Part shown: positions 8,787 through 17,878 of the stretch, in pieces | How the letters are laid out: each line of letters opens with the position of its first letter | Numbering within the stretch: the stretch's first letter is position 1 | IMG/VR virus record: IMGVR_UViG_3300010052_000012 | Span: 1 to 25,722 of that record | Source of the DNA: a virus | Taxonomy: Duplodnaviria > Caudoviricetes | DNA length: 25,722 nucleotides | Strand: one strand, 5' to 3' | Notes under the pieces: generated by a model | The model's input: only the letters and a program-made list of their open reading frames with translations | Databases searched by the model: none | Told to the model about the DNA's origin: nothing | Position numbers and translations under genes: made by a program

Positions 8787-11141
8787 TTAGGCGAACGCGA
8801 CGTCCTGTCGCTCGGTGATCAGGAACGCGTTGTTCGCATTGCTGGTCGCGCCCTCGATCTTGATCCGGTAGGTCGAAACCGGCCCCGCAAGGTTGAAGAT
8901 GAACTTGCGCGACTTCGGCTTTTCCGGCGACGCCGGCTCCTGCACTTCAACCGTGCTGTCGGGCGTCTCAACCGTGGCATAGCCGGCACCGGTCAAGATT
9001 TTGCACGTCAACGTGTGCGCCGCGGCATCCCAGTGGCGAGCCCGCAAGATCACCTCAACGGTGTCGCATGGCGCCGGCACCGTGCGAATCTTGGAGATGT
9101 GGTTTACGGCCGTTCCGTTGCGCTCCGTCGTGACGCACGACCTGACGGCACCGATGCCGAACGCCGGCATGCTGTCCGTCGTGCCGATCAGGATGGCGCG
9201 CAGCTGGATCAGCGATGGCCGGGTGGAAAGCGCGGAAAGCTCGCTATTGACGTCGCCCAGCGTTTTCCAGGCACCGCCAATGAACCCCTGCCACTCGATC
9301 GAAGTGCCCTGCGGAATGTAGGTATCGCAGTTCACAGTGAGACGACCGATACCGCCGACGAGTTCCGCCGGGTTGAGTTGGACCTCTACGCGGGTCTGGT
9401 CATAGCCCTGAAAATACAGCGCAAAAGCAAGGTCCGTATCGGACGCCGCGGCCTGCCAAACCCCGTTGTTTTTCTGAAACAGCTGCCCTTGTGCATATTT
9501 GTTCCCCGCAACCGTCGCCAGAAAATAGGAACCCTGGCTGACCACATGCAGGGCATAGCGGCGCCCCTTAACCATCGCCGCGCCGGCAAGGTCGAAATTC
9601 GTAGGCGTCAGGCCCGCGAGATCAGCATTCACCTGCGCCGGCGTCTTCTCCACCTTGAAGATGACGCGCTGGCTGTCCGGCTGGCCCGTCACGTCGACTT
9701 CGGTGAGGAAGAGCTTCACGTCGCCGACGGCAGGCTTCCGCGTGAAATACAGATCGACCGAGCGGAGCGCGCCCTGCTGCGCGTTAAGGAAGGTCTGGCC
9801 GAGCTGATACCCCTCGACCATTTCGGTCGTGGTAAACTGCTCGAAATAAGGCTCCTCGATGATTTTCAGAGTGGCGTGGCGCCAATAGTGCTTCGTGACA
9901 TACGACGGCTGCTGGCCGGCCGGGTTCTGCATCAGCTGCGTCGCCCAATTGAACTGCCATATCTCGGACGCGAGCGTGATCGGGTTCTTGCGCGTCGCCT
10001 CGATAATCTCCCCGCCATCGCTGGCGGTGATGCTGACCACCTTCCAGGTGCCGTCGTTGATGTTCGGCTGAAAGTCCTCGGCCCAGCGCAGATCGTCCCA
10101 CTGCCATTCGGTGCGCGTGCGGGTGAGCTTGCGCATCTGCGTCGATGAGACGTTGTAGTTTGCGAGCGCGACCTCGCCATCTTTCCCGACTACCGCAAGC
10201 CGCGTTTCCGGCTGGTTGCGCGGCATCACCATGTCGTCGAGCACGATGATGCGCGGGTCGAGAGGGTTTTGCAGCGCAAGCGGTGCGAGCGCGCTCGCCG
10301 CATTGCCGAACCGGAGCCCATCCTTCACCACAGCGCTGTATCCGGCGAATGCCGGGTCGCTCTGATCTTCCTTGAGGAAGCTGTCGGCAGACCAGGCCGT
10401 GTAGTCGTCCGGCAGCCCGGCCAGCCGTTTGGTGCGCGCATGATCAAGGGCAAGATCCCTGGTGAAGCCCCACGGCGCCTTCGTCGCCAGCAGCGCGGCC
10501 AGACCGGAAATGTCGGTCCGGATCGTGTCGATGGCGGAGCCGGCCTGGTCGAGCTTCTTTTCAACGAGGGTGAGCCGGCCGTTGAGCGACTTGACGGACG
10601 GCAGCCTGTTCGCACCGACCATGGTGATCGAGACGATGCCTGCAGCGTCGACGATCACGTACGCGATCGCGATCTGGTTGGCGCTGATTGCAGGCGGCTG
10701 CGGATCGGCATTCTCGGCACCGGCGAGTTTGCTGACCTCCGCCCGTCGGTGGCTCACCGTCGAAACCACGCGCCCTTCGGTCGCGCGCGTGATCGGCGAG
10801 AGCAGGAAGGTTCGCGGCTCGGTCTCGGTGTTGATCGTGTTGCCATAGGTGATGATGGCAATGCAGCGCTTCGCAACCGCTGCCAGATGGCCGGAAAGGT
10901 CGAGCGTCACCCCGCCGTCATCGTCATTGATGAACACCTTGCCGTTCTCATAGTACCGGCCAGGCGCGACGGTCACCTCTGCCGGCCCCGTTTCGACAAC
11001 CGAAAAGCCGACGAAGCCCTGCTGATCTGTAATGCCGTCGGCAACGACATGGTCGACAGATGCTCGCGCGAACTCGCCGAGCCGATTGACATCTTCCGGC
11101 GTGAACACCTCGTTCTGATAGCCGACGACTGTGCGTTCCAT
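8787..11141 (-). CDS. Large baseplate/tail structural protein (resembles DUF4815/VrlC-type proteins)
   Basis: 784 aa with an AGGAG RBS, N-terminal VTVAPGRYYENG, a central coiled coil and LGQTF...LRSVDLYFTRK. It occupies the position of P2 gpH after gpI. Confidence 0.65.
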   Translation of the reverse strand: MERTVVGYQNEVFTPEDVNRLGEFARASVDHVVADGITDQQGFVGFSVVETGPAEVTVAPGRYYENGKVFINDDDGGVTLDLSGHLAAVAKRCIAIITYGNTINTETEPRTFLLSPITRATEGRVVSTVSHRRAEVSKLAGAENADPQPPAISANQIAIAYVIVDAAGIVSITMVGANRLPSVKSLNGRLTLVEKKLDQAGSAIDTIRTDISGLAALLATKAPWGFTRDLALDHARTKRLAGLPDDYTAWSADSFLKEDQSDPAFAGYSAVVKDGLRFGNAASALAPLALQNPLDPRIIVLDDMVMPRNQPETRLAVVGKDGEVALANYNVSSTQMRKLTRTRTEWQWDDLRWAEDFQPNINDGTWKVVSITASDGGEIIEATRKNPITLASEIWQFNWATQLMQNPAGQQPSYVTKHYWRHATLKIIEEPYFEQFTTTEMVEGYQLGQTFLNAQQGALRSVDLYFTRKPAVGDVKLFLTEVDVTGQPDSQRVIFKVEKTPAQVNADLAGLTPTNFDLAGAAMVKGRRYALHVVSQGSYFLATVAGNKYAQGQLFQKNNGVWQAAASDTDLAFALYFQGYDQTRVEVQLNPAELVGGIGRLTVNCDTYIPQGTSIEWQGFIGGAWKTLGDVNSELSALSTRPSLIQLRAILIGTTDSMPAFGIGAVRSCVTTERNGTAVNHISKIRTVPAPCDTVEVILRARHWDAAAHTLTCKILTGAGYATVETPDSTVEVQEPASPEKPKSRKFIFNLAGPVSTYRIKIEGATSNANNAFLITERQDVAFA

Positions 11142-11150
11142 CGATTGCTC

Positions 11151-12425
11151 CTACAGATAGGCAGGGATGCGGTCGCCGAGCACGGCGCCGCTGTTGAGCC
11201 GCACGGCGTCGCCGAGCGTGAGAGGTTTGGTGGTTTCGAACGTCACAAGGATCTTGTCGCCTAACGCCATGGCCGACACGATCGCATCCATGATGAAATG
11301 AAGATGCGACACGTCATCGGCGACAAAGGGATCAGCACCAAGCACCGAGACGCCCAGGACAAAACCCTCGTTGGTATCGATCGCCTTCGGGGCCTCGACC
11401 ATCAGTTCGGCGTTGTAGGCTGGCATCCCCAGGCGCGAGACACCGAGAAAGCTGATGCCGTCAACGATCGGTGCGGCAACGGCCGGATCAAGCAGATAGA
11501 GGACATCGGCGAGCAGCTCGCCGCCATCGTTTCGACCCAGAACATCGACGCCGAGCGCGCCATCCCCGAGGAAATGTCGACCCTCGGCATCACCCGTGTC
11601 GCTTTCCCGCTTGTATCGAACGCTTTGCGGCTCCAGGCCAACGTCCACGGCGGTCACCGCCAATTGGCTCTCGACATGGTCATATGTCCGGTCCAACGCG
11701 AAGGTGAAGATCTTCGGCTCGACTTCCTCCGCGCCAAGAAATGCATCGCCGAGCACTCCGAAACCCAGCACCAGCGCGTTCGCGTCACGGCCTGGCTGCA
11801 CCACACGCTCATAGTCCGTGGCCGGTTTGCGCACGCTTGTCGTTGTGACGGACGAAACCTCGAGCGGAACATCCTCCCCGCCGGCATGGGTGCGGAGCAA
11901 CGCACGACGGCCATGAAGGAACGGCCCGTCATTGATGCTGAAAAAATCGTCCCCCAGCGCCGAATGGCCCAGAAAGATTCCGGATGGCGGAAGCCATTCA
12001 CCCTCGGTGTGCGCGAGCGTGATGCGGACCCGTGGCATCCGGCCGATCCAGGCATCCCACTGTTCCTTGGTGAGGTTCGGCGCGAGCACGAAACCCTGTG
12101 GCGGCGTGACTGCCTGGATCAGCCGACCATCGGCGATCTCGATATAGCGGGCGATCCCGCTCGCCGTGGTCTTGATGGCGTGATCATGCGGAGCGGAAGC
12201 GATGACCGAACGCTTCTTCCACTCCGGCCAGTTGTCGTTCCAGATGTCGACGGAACGCTCGGCCGCCAGTGCCCACAGCAGGTGTGCCGGGCACTGCCAA
12301 GGATCCTTGAAACGGCGAATGATATCGACGTCCAAGGCATCCCAAGCGATCGCGGACGCCCTTTCGACGGCCCGCATCCACGGCGTCGCCTCGTCAGGCG
12401 CGATCGACGCAGCGTCATCCAGCAT
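11151..12425 (-). CDS. Baseplate/tail protein I (P2 gpI-like) with a long C-terminal extension
   Basis: DPWQCPAHLLWALAAERSVDIWNDNWPEWKKRSVI is the Tail_P2_I signature; 424 aa. Confidence 0.85.
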   Translation of the reverse strand: MLDDAASIAPDEATPWMRAVERASAIAWDALDVDIIRRFKDPWQCPAHLLWALAAERSVDIWNDNWPEWKKRSVIASAPHDHAIKTTASGIARYIEIADGRLIQAVTPPQGFVLAPNLTKEQWDAWIGRMPRVRITLAHTEGEWLPPSGIFLGHSALGDDFFSINDGPFLHGRRALLRTHAGGEDVPLEVSSVTTTSVRKPATDYERVVQPGRDANALVLGFGVLGDAFLGAEEVEPKIFTFALDRTYDHVESQLAVTAVDVGLEPQSVRYKRESDTGDAEGRHFLGDGALGVDVLGRNDGGELLADVLYLLDPAVAAPIVDGISFLGVSRLGMPAYNAELMVEAPKAIDTNEGFVLGVSVLGADPFVADDVSHLHFIMDAIVSAMALGDKILVTFETTKPLTLGDAVRLNSGAVLGDRIPAYL

Positions 12426-13344
12426 AGGTCACCACGCTGAGATCAATGTCCGTGCAGAGCGGCACTTCCCCCCTGCCTCGCACGATGTCCGCCTCCGGCT
12501 CGATGATCGACAGCTTGTCCATCGCCCCCGCCATGCCGGCGGCAACGAGGGACGAAAGTGGGACGTCTCGCGATGGCGTGCGGCGACGCGCTGTTTCTTG
12601 GGTGAGCCCAGCAAGGCTTAGTTCATATGTCTGCGCAGAGTCCGGGCCCGGTCTCACGAAGCCCTGGCCGACAATCCGGTAGGGTACGTTCACGATCGAC
12701 CGCGTGCTGACGACCGTCGTCAGCGGCTTTATGTTCGGCCAGCCATTCTCGCCAAGTCGGTGCAGGTAATTGTGCACGATCTCGACGAGCTCGTCCGAAG
12801 CGGTTCCATCGCCCACTCGAGACTGCACCGCGATGATCACTTCGCCGGAACCATCCGATGGGGTCCACACGTCTACATTGAGCACGTCGCCGTGAGATGA
12901 GAGCGCGTGATAGACGTACGCCCCGGCCGCGCCGCCGGTTGTGAAGGCCTCCGGCGCGATCAAGATCCTCCGGCGGAACTCGTCATCATTCTCCATGACA
13001 GCCGGGGTTGATCCCGTCGCCGGCGTGACGACGCGGCGAACGGTGCGATGAAATATCCCCAGATTGTCCAGATCCGAGCCGACGGCGAACAGCACCATCA
13101 CAGCGCGCACGGCGTCGTTTATCCGCACATAGGCCAGATATTCGCGGTAACTCAGGGCGCGGTTGACGATCGCGCCCGGATTGGCCTCGAGCCGCTCGAC
13201 GTCCCAGTCGATGCCGAATTCGGTGAACGACTGCTTCAGCAGTTCCAGACCTTTCAGGCGCAACGCATCGAAGGTTACGCCGCGGATGGCGACCGGCGGC
13301 GGAAACCGCGAAATGTCGAGTGTCAGGGCGGCTGCGCTGATCAT
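12415..13344 (-). CDS. Baseplate J/gp47 family protein
   Basis: Start reassigned to ATG 13344 (ATGA overlap). Motifs RINDAVRAVMVLFAVGSDLDNL, ENDDEFRRRI and TTGGAAGAYVYHAL. Confidence 0.92.
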   Translation of the reverse strand: MISAAALTLDISRFPPPVAIRGVTFDALRLKGLELLKQSFTEFGIDWDVERLEANPGAIVNRALSYREYLAYVRINDAVRAVMVLFAVGSDLDNLGIFHRTVRRVVTPATGSTPAVMENDDEFRRRILIAPEAFTTGGAAGAYVYHALSSHGDVLNVDVWTPSDGSGEVIIAVQSRVGDGTASDELVEIVHNYLHRLGENGWPNIKPLTTVVSTRSIVNVPYRIVGQGFVRPGPDSAQTYELSLAGLTQETARRRTPSRDVPLSSLVAAGMAGAMDKLSIIEPEADIVRGRGEVPLCTDIDLSVVTYAG

Positions 13345-13733
13345 TCTGCTTGCGCCAATCGTCCAACAAAAAAGAGGGTGAAGTCCCGAATGCTTTCGAC
13401 CGTGAAGTCGTTTTGATGGGCGCGAGGGCGCCAATCCGCCTCGATGCTGAATTTCGCCTCGCCGAGCCGAATGCCGTCGACAGTCCCGGTTACGGTGACG
13501 CGGCGCACCCGAAAGCGCGGCTCCCAGAGATCGATCGCGGTGCCGATCACCTGCCGGAAGACGAGAAACAACGTCGGTGTCATCAGCCTGCCTAGCAGCT
13601 CGACAAAGCCAGCGCCGAACTCGCGCAGCATCACGATCGAGCCGACGCGGTAGGAGAAGATGATCTCGACCGACTGAAGGGCCGACCGATAGTTATCGAT
13701 CACCTCGCCGGTGCGCATATCGATGTCGGACAT
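13341..13733 (-). CDS. Baseplate wedge protein, GPW/gp25 family
   Basis: QSVEIIFSYRVGSIVMLREFG and AIDLWEPRFRV; lies between V and J. Confidence 0.9.
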   Translation of the reverse strand: MSDIDMRTGEVIDNYRSALQSVEIIFSYRVGSIVMLREFGAGFVELLGRLMTPTLFLVFRQVIGTAIDLWEPRFRVRRVTVTGTVDGIRLGEAKFSIEADWRPRAHQNDFTVESIRDFTLFFVGRLAQAE

Positions 13734-13738
13734 AGCGG

Positions 13739-14242
13739 CTACGCGGACACCGGTTCGATGTTGACCTCTGACAGCGGCCAGACGCCGATCTCGCTGAACA
13801 CGCCGGCGTCGCCACGAACACCATCCGTCGCATGCAGACGGCCGTTCACACGGATGTTGCCATCGACGGTGACCACGCCGTTCTCCACCGTGATCGTGAC
13901 ACCTGCGAAGACGAACCGATTTTGCCCGAGGCTTTGGCTGGGCGGAGGGTTCTGGTCGGAGAAACCACCGCGCAGCAAGACACCCTGCCGAGGGTTTCCG
14001 TGCGGATTAAGCACGCCGACGATCTGACCTTCCGACAAGGGAAACCAGGTTTTCGTGGTGCCGCCGCTCTCCGGATGCGGGTACCAGGGCGACAGCTTGG
14101 GTCGACCGTCGGAGCCTGTCCCTTCATCGATGCGATAGCCCTTTTTCGGATCAATGTGCTTGATTGGGCCGACGCGCAGAGAGTTCCCGAACGCAGTCTT
14201 CAGCTGCTCGAGGTCGATCTTGACGTCGATCAGGCGCATCAT
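13739..14242 (-). CDS. Baseplate spike/assembly protein V (P2 gpV-like)
   Basis: OB-fold motifs LSPWYP...WFPLSEGQIVGVLNPHGNPRQGVLLRG followed by a short beta-helix (VTITVENGVVTVDGNIRVNG). Confidence 0.85.
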   Translation of the reverse strand: MMRLIDVKIDLEQLKTAFGNSLRVGPIKHIDPKKGYRIDEGTGSDGRPKLSPWYPHPESGGTTKTWFPLSEGQIVGVLNPHGNPRQGVLLRGGFSDQNPPPSQSLGQNRFVFAGVTITVENGVVTVDGNIRVNGRLHATDGVRGDAGVFSEIGVWPLSEVNIEPVSA

Positions 14243-15081
14243 GGCGTCACCTCGACGTCGGGCGAGTGTCCGTCCACGTCGACGATCCCGCGCCCGAACA
14301 CCGGCGTCTCCCGATTAACATCATCCGCCAGCGGACCCCGACCAAGCGCCAGCAGTTCTTCGCGCGTCAACCCATGTCGACGTTGCAGCGACAGCCATGC
14401 CGGATCGTTGCCACCCACCAATCCGGCGATCTTATTGGCGATGGCGGCAAGATTTTCGTCATTCTCGACCGCGGCAGCCTTGGCCAGGAACCTCGCCATC
14501 GGTTCCTCGGGATCGAGGGGCTCGCCGAACAGCGGATCATCGATCAGCTCCGCCGTGATGCGCATCTGGTGTGCGGCCGCGCGCTGACCTTCAGCGGAGC
14601 CGGCGCGAACACGCTCAAACCTCACGAAACGAATGATCAGGCTGCAGAATATCTGCGCCCACTCATTGTCGGGATCGGTGAGAGCGTTGCCGGCCTGGCG
14701 CAGAATGATATCGAGTTGCGTCTCAAGGTTCTCATCTGTTGCCGGAACACCGAGGCCTGTGACGACGTCTTCATCGGTGACTGGATCGCTCTGCACCATC
14801 GCGGCCGTGATCCCCGCCTCGATAACGAGGTCGGTCAATCCGTTCGGCATCAACGAGCGGACATCTATCGTCGTGGTCTCCGGCAGGTTTGCTCCGTCGC
14901 CCGCTCGCGCACCGTCCGTGTACAACGAAAGGAACGGCTTTTGCTGATCGGTGCGGATTGTGTTGTCGGCGCCCACGTCGAGCGCGCCAAATTGACTGTT
15001 GAGCACGTTCGGGCCGACGTCCGTGCGATCCTTCATCGCCAGCACACCGGCAATGCGAAGGGCAATCCTGACCAGCGACAT
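14239..15081 (-). CDS. Conserved hypothetical protein; probable tail completion/terminator protein
   Basis: Clean 280-aa ORF with coupled ends. Function is inferred only from its position between the head closure gene and gpV. Confidence 0.55.
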   Translation of the reverse strand: MSLVRIALRIAGVLAMKDRTDVGPNVLNSQFGALDVGADNTIRTDQQKPFLSLYTDGARAGDGANLPETTTIDVRSLMPNGLTDLVIEAGITAAMVQSDPVTDEDVVTGLGVPATDENLETQLDIILRQAGNALTDPDNEWAQIFCSLIIRFVRFERVRAGSAEGQRAAAHQMRITAELIDDPLFGEPLDPEEPMARFLAKAAAVENDENLAAIANKIAGLVGGNDPAWLSLQRRHGLTREELLALGRGPLADDVNRETPVFGRGIVDVDGHSPDVEVTP

Positions 15082-15086
15082 GGTGA

Positions 15087-15479
15087 CTACCGTGCTTCCC
15101 CGAGATGCAGCACCAACCGCGCATGCGAGCGATCATCGACATAGAGAACCACGAACGAGGGTTCGCCAGGGCGCGACATCGCGCGAATCTTGTCTTGCTG
15201 TTCGATGCTCGGTCCCTGATAAGACGCACGATTTATGTGCAGTTCTGCTTTCCCAGCGATGAGTTTGGATCGCCATTCCTGCGAGCCGCTTGCCGTCGAA
15301 CCCGTCGGCGAGGTTTCATCGCCTACATCCGTCCGCAGCACTGCCTCGAAGATATGCTGAGCCCGATCTGGATCGGACTTCCCGGCCTTCATCGGCGAAA
15401 GACGCACAGGCTCCGCGAACACCCTGTCGACGGCTGCGGCCGCCCGATCGCGAAGTTCCTGAAACCGTGACGTGCGCAC
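15087..15479 (-). CDS. Head-tail joining/closure protein (lambda gpFII-like)
   Basis: 130 aa beta-rich protein (DRVFAEPV...DKIRA...FVVLYVDDRSHARLVLHL), second gene after the capsid. Confidence 0.6.
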   Translation of the reverse strand: MRTSRFQELRDRAAAAVDRVFAEPVRLSPMKAGKSDPDRAQHIFEAVLRTDVGDETSPTGSTASGSQEWRSKLIAGKAELHINRASYQGPSIEQQDKIRAMSRPGEPSFVVLYVDDRSHARLVLHLGEAR

Positions 15480-15486
15480 GGACCGA

Positions 15487-15828
15487 TCAGACCTTCAGCC
15501 CATTCGCTTCATCCTCAAGCACGGCAATTTCCTTGCCAAGCCGTTCCTTGTCGACATCATCGGTCGCCTCGGCCAGCGCTTTCCGAAGATCTTCCAGCAA
15601 AGCGGCGATCTCACCCGCACGGCCGGACTTTGGGTCGGACTTCTTCGAGCCGTCGCCCTTTTTCGGAGCATCAGCCGCATAGGCAAAGCCGTCATGAATG
15701 AGGTGCTCGCCGTAGGCCTGCGGCACGCGTACAGGCTCATGGGCCGGTACGTGCTTTTCCTCACCACCGGTGATCTCTTCCGGCAAGCTGCCACCGTTCG
15801 GGAATGCGACAAACATGGACTTGCTCAT
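15487..15828 (-). CDS. Hypothetical protein in the lambda gpFI (packaging accessory) position
   Basis: Start reassigned to ATG 15828 (AGGGAG RBS). Small N-terminal domain, Lys-rich linker and acidic coiled coil. Confidence 0.6.
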   Translation of the reverse strand: MSKSMFVAFPNGGSLPEEITGGEEKHVPAHEPVRVPQAYGEHLIHDGFAYAADAPKKGDGSKKSDPKSGRAGEIAALLEDLRKALAEATDDVDKERLGKEIAVLEDEANGLKV

Positions 15829-15880
15829 GGGAAACTCCCTTCGTTTCATGGAAGCGCTCGATCTTTCAGGCGCTTGCAGG

Positions 15881-15912
15881 AAACGAAGCGGCCCTTGTGG
15901 GGGGCCGCTTCG
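15881..15912 (-). terminator. Terminator-like hairpin after the major capsid gene
   Basis: Minus strand CGAAGCGGCCC-CCCACAA-GGGCCGCTTCG-TTT: an 11-bp perfect stem with a short U tract. Confidence 0.65.
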
Positions 15913-15935
15913 GCGCGCAGACTGGGAAAGTTGGA

Positions 15936-16949
15936 TCAGGTCAGCGTCAGGCGGCGAAGTGTCTTCGGCTTGGTGCAGAGGTTGATCACGTTCATCTGCA
16001 CTTCGAGTTCGCGACCCTTGCCGTTCGGCTTCGGATACTGTTTGGCATAGAAGGGCAGTCCGATCGTGTTGACCGTCTCTTCGTAATCCGCTGGTGCGAA
16101 GCGGGTGATGAAGAGATCCGGCACACCCTTGACCACAACTCGCGCGTCAGTTGCCGCAATGTACGGCGACCCGAGATCGGCCGTTGCTTTGGCACCGGTG
16201 CGGTAGCGTTCCCACGTTGCGCCGCCAAACTCAAAAACGTCAGGCACATCGCGGCGAAGCGTTTCGGCGCCACTGTGGTAGATGAACGTCTCGGTGACGC
16301 TCTTATGCGTCCATAGCGACTTATGGAAATCGCGCCCCGTGAAAACGTGGATGCCTCCATATGGCTGATCGAGATCGTCCTCGATCGAATAGATGACGTC
16401 CTGCCATACCGAGCCGACCTTCGTCCCCTCGACATCCAGTTCCAGCGAAACGGCCGCCGGCACTGCGACGCCGAAGCGATTGTAGATATCGATCAGCGTC
16501 TTTCCGCTCTTCGAGGTTACGATACCCTTGATGGCGCCTGCACGAAGGTGCTCCAGCGTCATGGTAAGATCCTGTGCATGGCGCTTGGCTTTGCGTTCAA
16601 CACGATCCTGCACTGTCTCGAGCTGGTCGGTCGTACCGAACGCACGCACGTTTTGGACCTCATCGGCGAGCACCGAATCGTCGCGCTGGAAGTGGTCGAT
16701 ATCGAACGGGACAAGGTTGCGATCATCATCGCCCCTGGTCTCGCCAGGGCCGCCCCGCAGGGACGGCTCGACCAGACCGAGTTTCCCATTTCTTTCTTCG
16801 ATCGAAATCCTTGTGGTCGTTACGCCATCCTCGTCGAAGATGCCGCTCGCCGAAACCTGCCCCGGCCGGTACGGCTCATTGTTGATCGCCGCCGTGAGCG
16901 ATTCGATGGTGAAGCCTTCACCATCCCAGATGTCTACCATTCCAGGCAT
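15936..16949 (-). CDS. Major capsid protein (lambda gpE family)
   Basis: 337 aa with FTIESLTAAIN, DEVQNVRAFG and TRFAPADYEETVNTIGLPFYAKQ; follows the decoration protein. Confidence 0.93.
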   Translation of the reverse strand: MPGMVDIWDGEGFTIESLTAAINNEPYRPGQVSASGIFDEDGVTTTRISIEERNGKLGLVEPSLRGGPGETRGDDDRNLVPFDIDHFQRDDSVLADEVQNVRAFGTTDQLETVQDRVERKAKRHAQDLTMTLEHLRAGAIKGIVTSKSGKTLIDIYNRFGVAVPAAVSLELDVEGTKVGSVWQDVIYSIEDDLDQPYGGIHVFTGRDFHKSLWTHKSVTETFIYHSGAETLRRDVPDVFEFGGATWERYRTGAKATADLGSPYIAATDARVVVKGVPDLFITRFAPADYEETVNTIGLPFYAKQYPKPNGKGRELEVQMNVINLCTKPKTLRRLTLT

Positions 16950-16961
16950 GGGTGCCTCTCC

Positions 16962-17345
16962 TTATCGCGAGATGATGTCGGCAGCAGCGAGCTGAGCGCG
17001 CTTGGCAGCCTTTTTCGTATTGTCGTTCACCGAGGCGTCGAAGATCAGCATCGGGATCTTCACTTCGGCATGGCGCGCGATGACGACAGCGTCGACGTCA
17101 GCGGCCGTCGCATCCACGCCGTAGGCGAGAACGGCGCGCGCCGTTTCCGCACCTTCCTTGCCAACAACTTCTGCGTTGGGCGATGACGTGTACTTCTTGG
17201 ACGCCGTCACCATGCCGAGAACGGTGCCAGGGTCGAGCACACCCGAACCGGAAAGGATGGTGACCGTGTCACGCGAAATGCTGCCGTTGCCTTCCGACAG
17301 CACGAACGCCAGGGCGCGCGGCCCTTCAGTCTTCTTGTCAAGCAT
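16962..17345 (-). CDS. Head decoration protein (lambda gpD/HDPD family)
   Basis: FVLSEGNGSISRDTVTI...LDPGTVLG...GAETARAVL; AGGAGG RBS. Confidence 0.9.
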   Translation of the reverse strand: MLDKKTEGPRALAFVLSEGNGSISRDTVTILSGSGVLDPGTVLGMVTASKKYTSSPNAEVVGKEGAETARAVLAYGVDATAADVDAVVIARHAEVKIPMLIFDASVNDNTKKAAKRAQLAAADIISR

Positions 17346-17348
17346 GGA

Positions 17349-17876
17349 TCAGCCCTCCTGGCTCAGCTTGCGGCGCGAAGCGTAGATGCCGGCCGTATCG
17401 ATGGACGCCTTCTTCCGTGCCGGCTGCACAGGCTGCGCGAGCCCCGCCGCCGCCTGTCGCCCCGCCTCGTAGGCCTTCGGGTCCGCGGCCGCCGCATCGC
17501 CTGCCGCGACGTTCGCAGAGACGAAGGCAACAACATCGTCGGCGCTCATGGCAGGCGACTTCGCCGCGAGGTCCATCGCCGCCGCGAGACGCTGGGCATT
17601 GCCTTTCACGCCATCGGCACCGACGATCGCAACGAAGCGGTCGGTAGCGGCCTTCGCGCCTGTGGCTTCACCCTCGGTGCGGGCGGCTTTCACCGCCGCA
17701 TCGTGTTCGGCCTGCGACATGCCGGTAGTGACGCCACCGGCGGGCGGATTGTCTCTCGACATTCCATTCTCCTGCGAGTTTGGCGCCGATGCGCCGGGTT
17801 GACCCTCATTCTCGAGGGCAAGCTCTGCCGTGCCCGCGATCGCCTCGCGGACAGCGGCCAACATGCTGCTGGCCAT
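17349..17876 (-). CDS. Probable capsid scaffolding protein (Nu3-like)
   Basis: Ala-rich helical protein (EHDAAVKAARTEGEATGAKAATDR) ending IDTAGIYASRR, between protease and gpD. A second possible start lies at 17762. Confidence 0.62.
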   Translation of the reverse strand: MASSMLAAVREAIAGTAELALENEGQPGASAPNSQENGMSRDNPPAGGVTTGMSQAEHDAAVKAARTEGEATGAKAATDRFVAIVGADGVKGNAQRLAAAMDLAAKSPAMSADDVVAFVSANVAAGDAAAADPKAYEAGRQAAAGLAQPVQPARKKASIDTAGIYASRRKLSQEG

Positions 17877-17878
17877 GC

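Noticed and set aside
15852-15875. Small inverted repeat AAGCGC...GCGCTT upstream of the 15487-15828 gene
   Set aside because: Only a 6-bp stem with a long loop; likely chance in GC-rich DNA.
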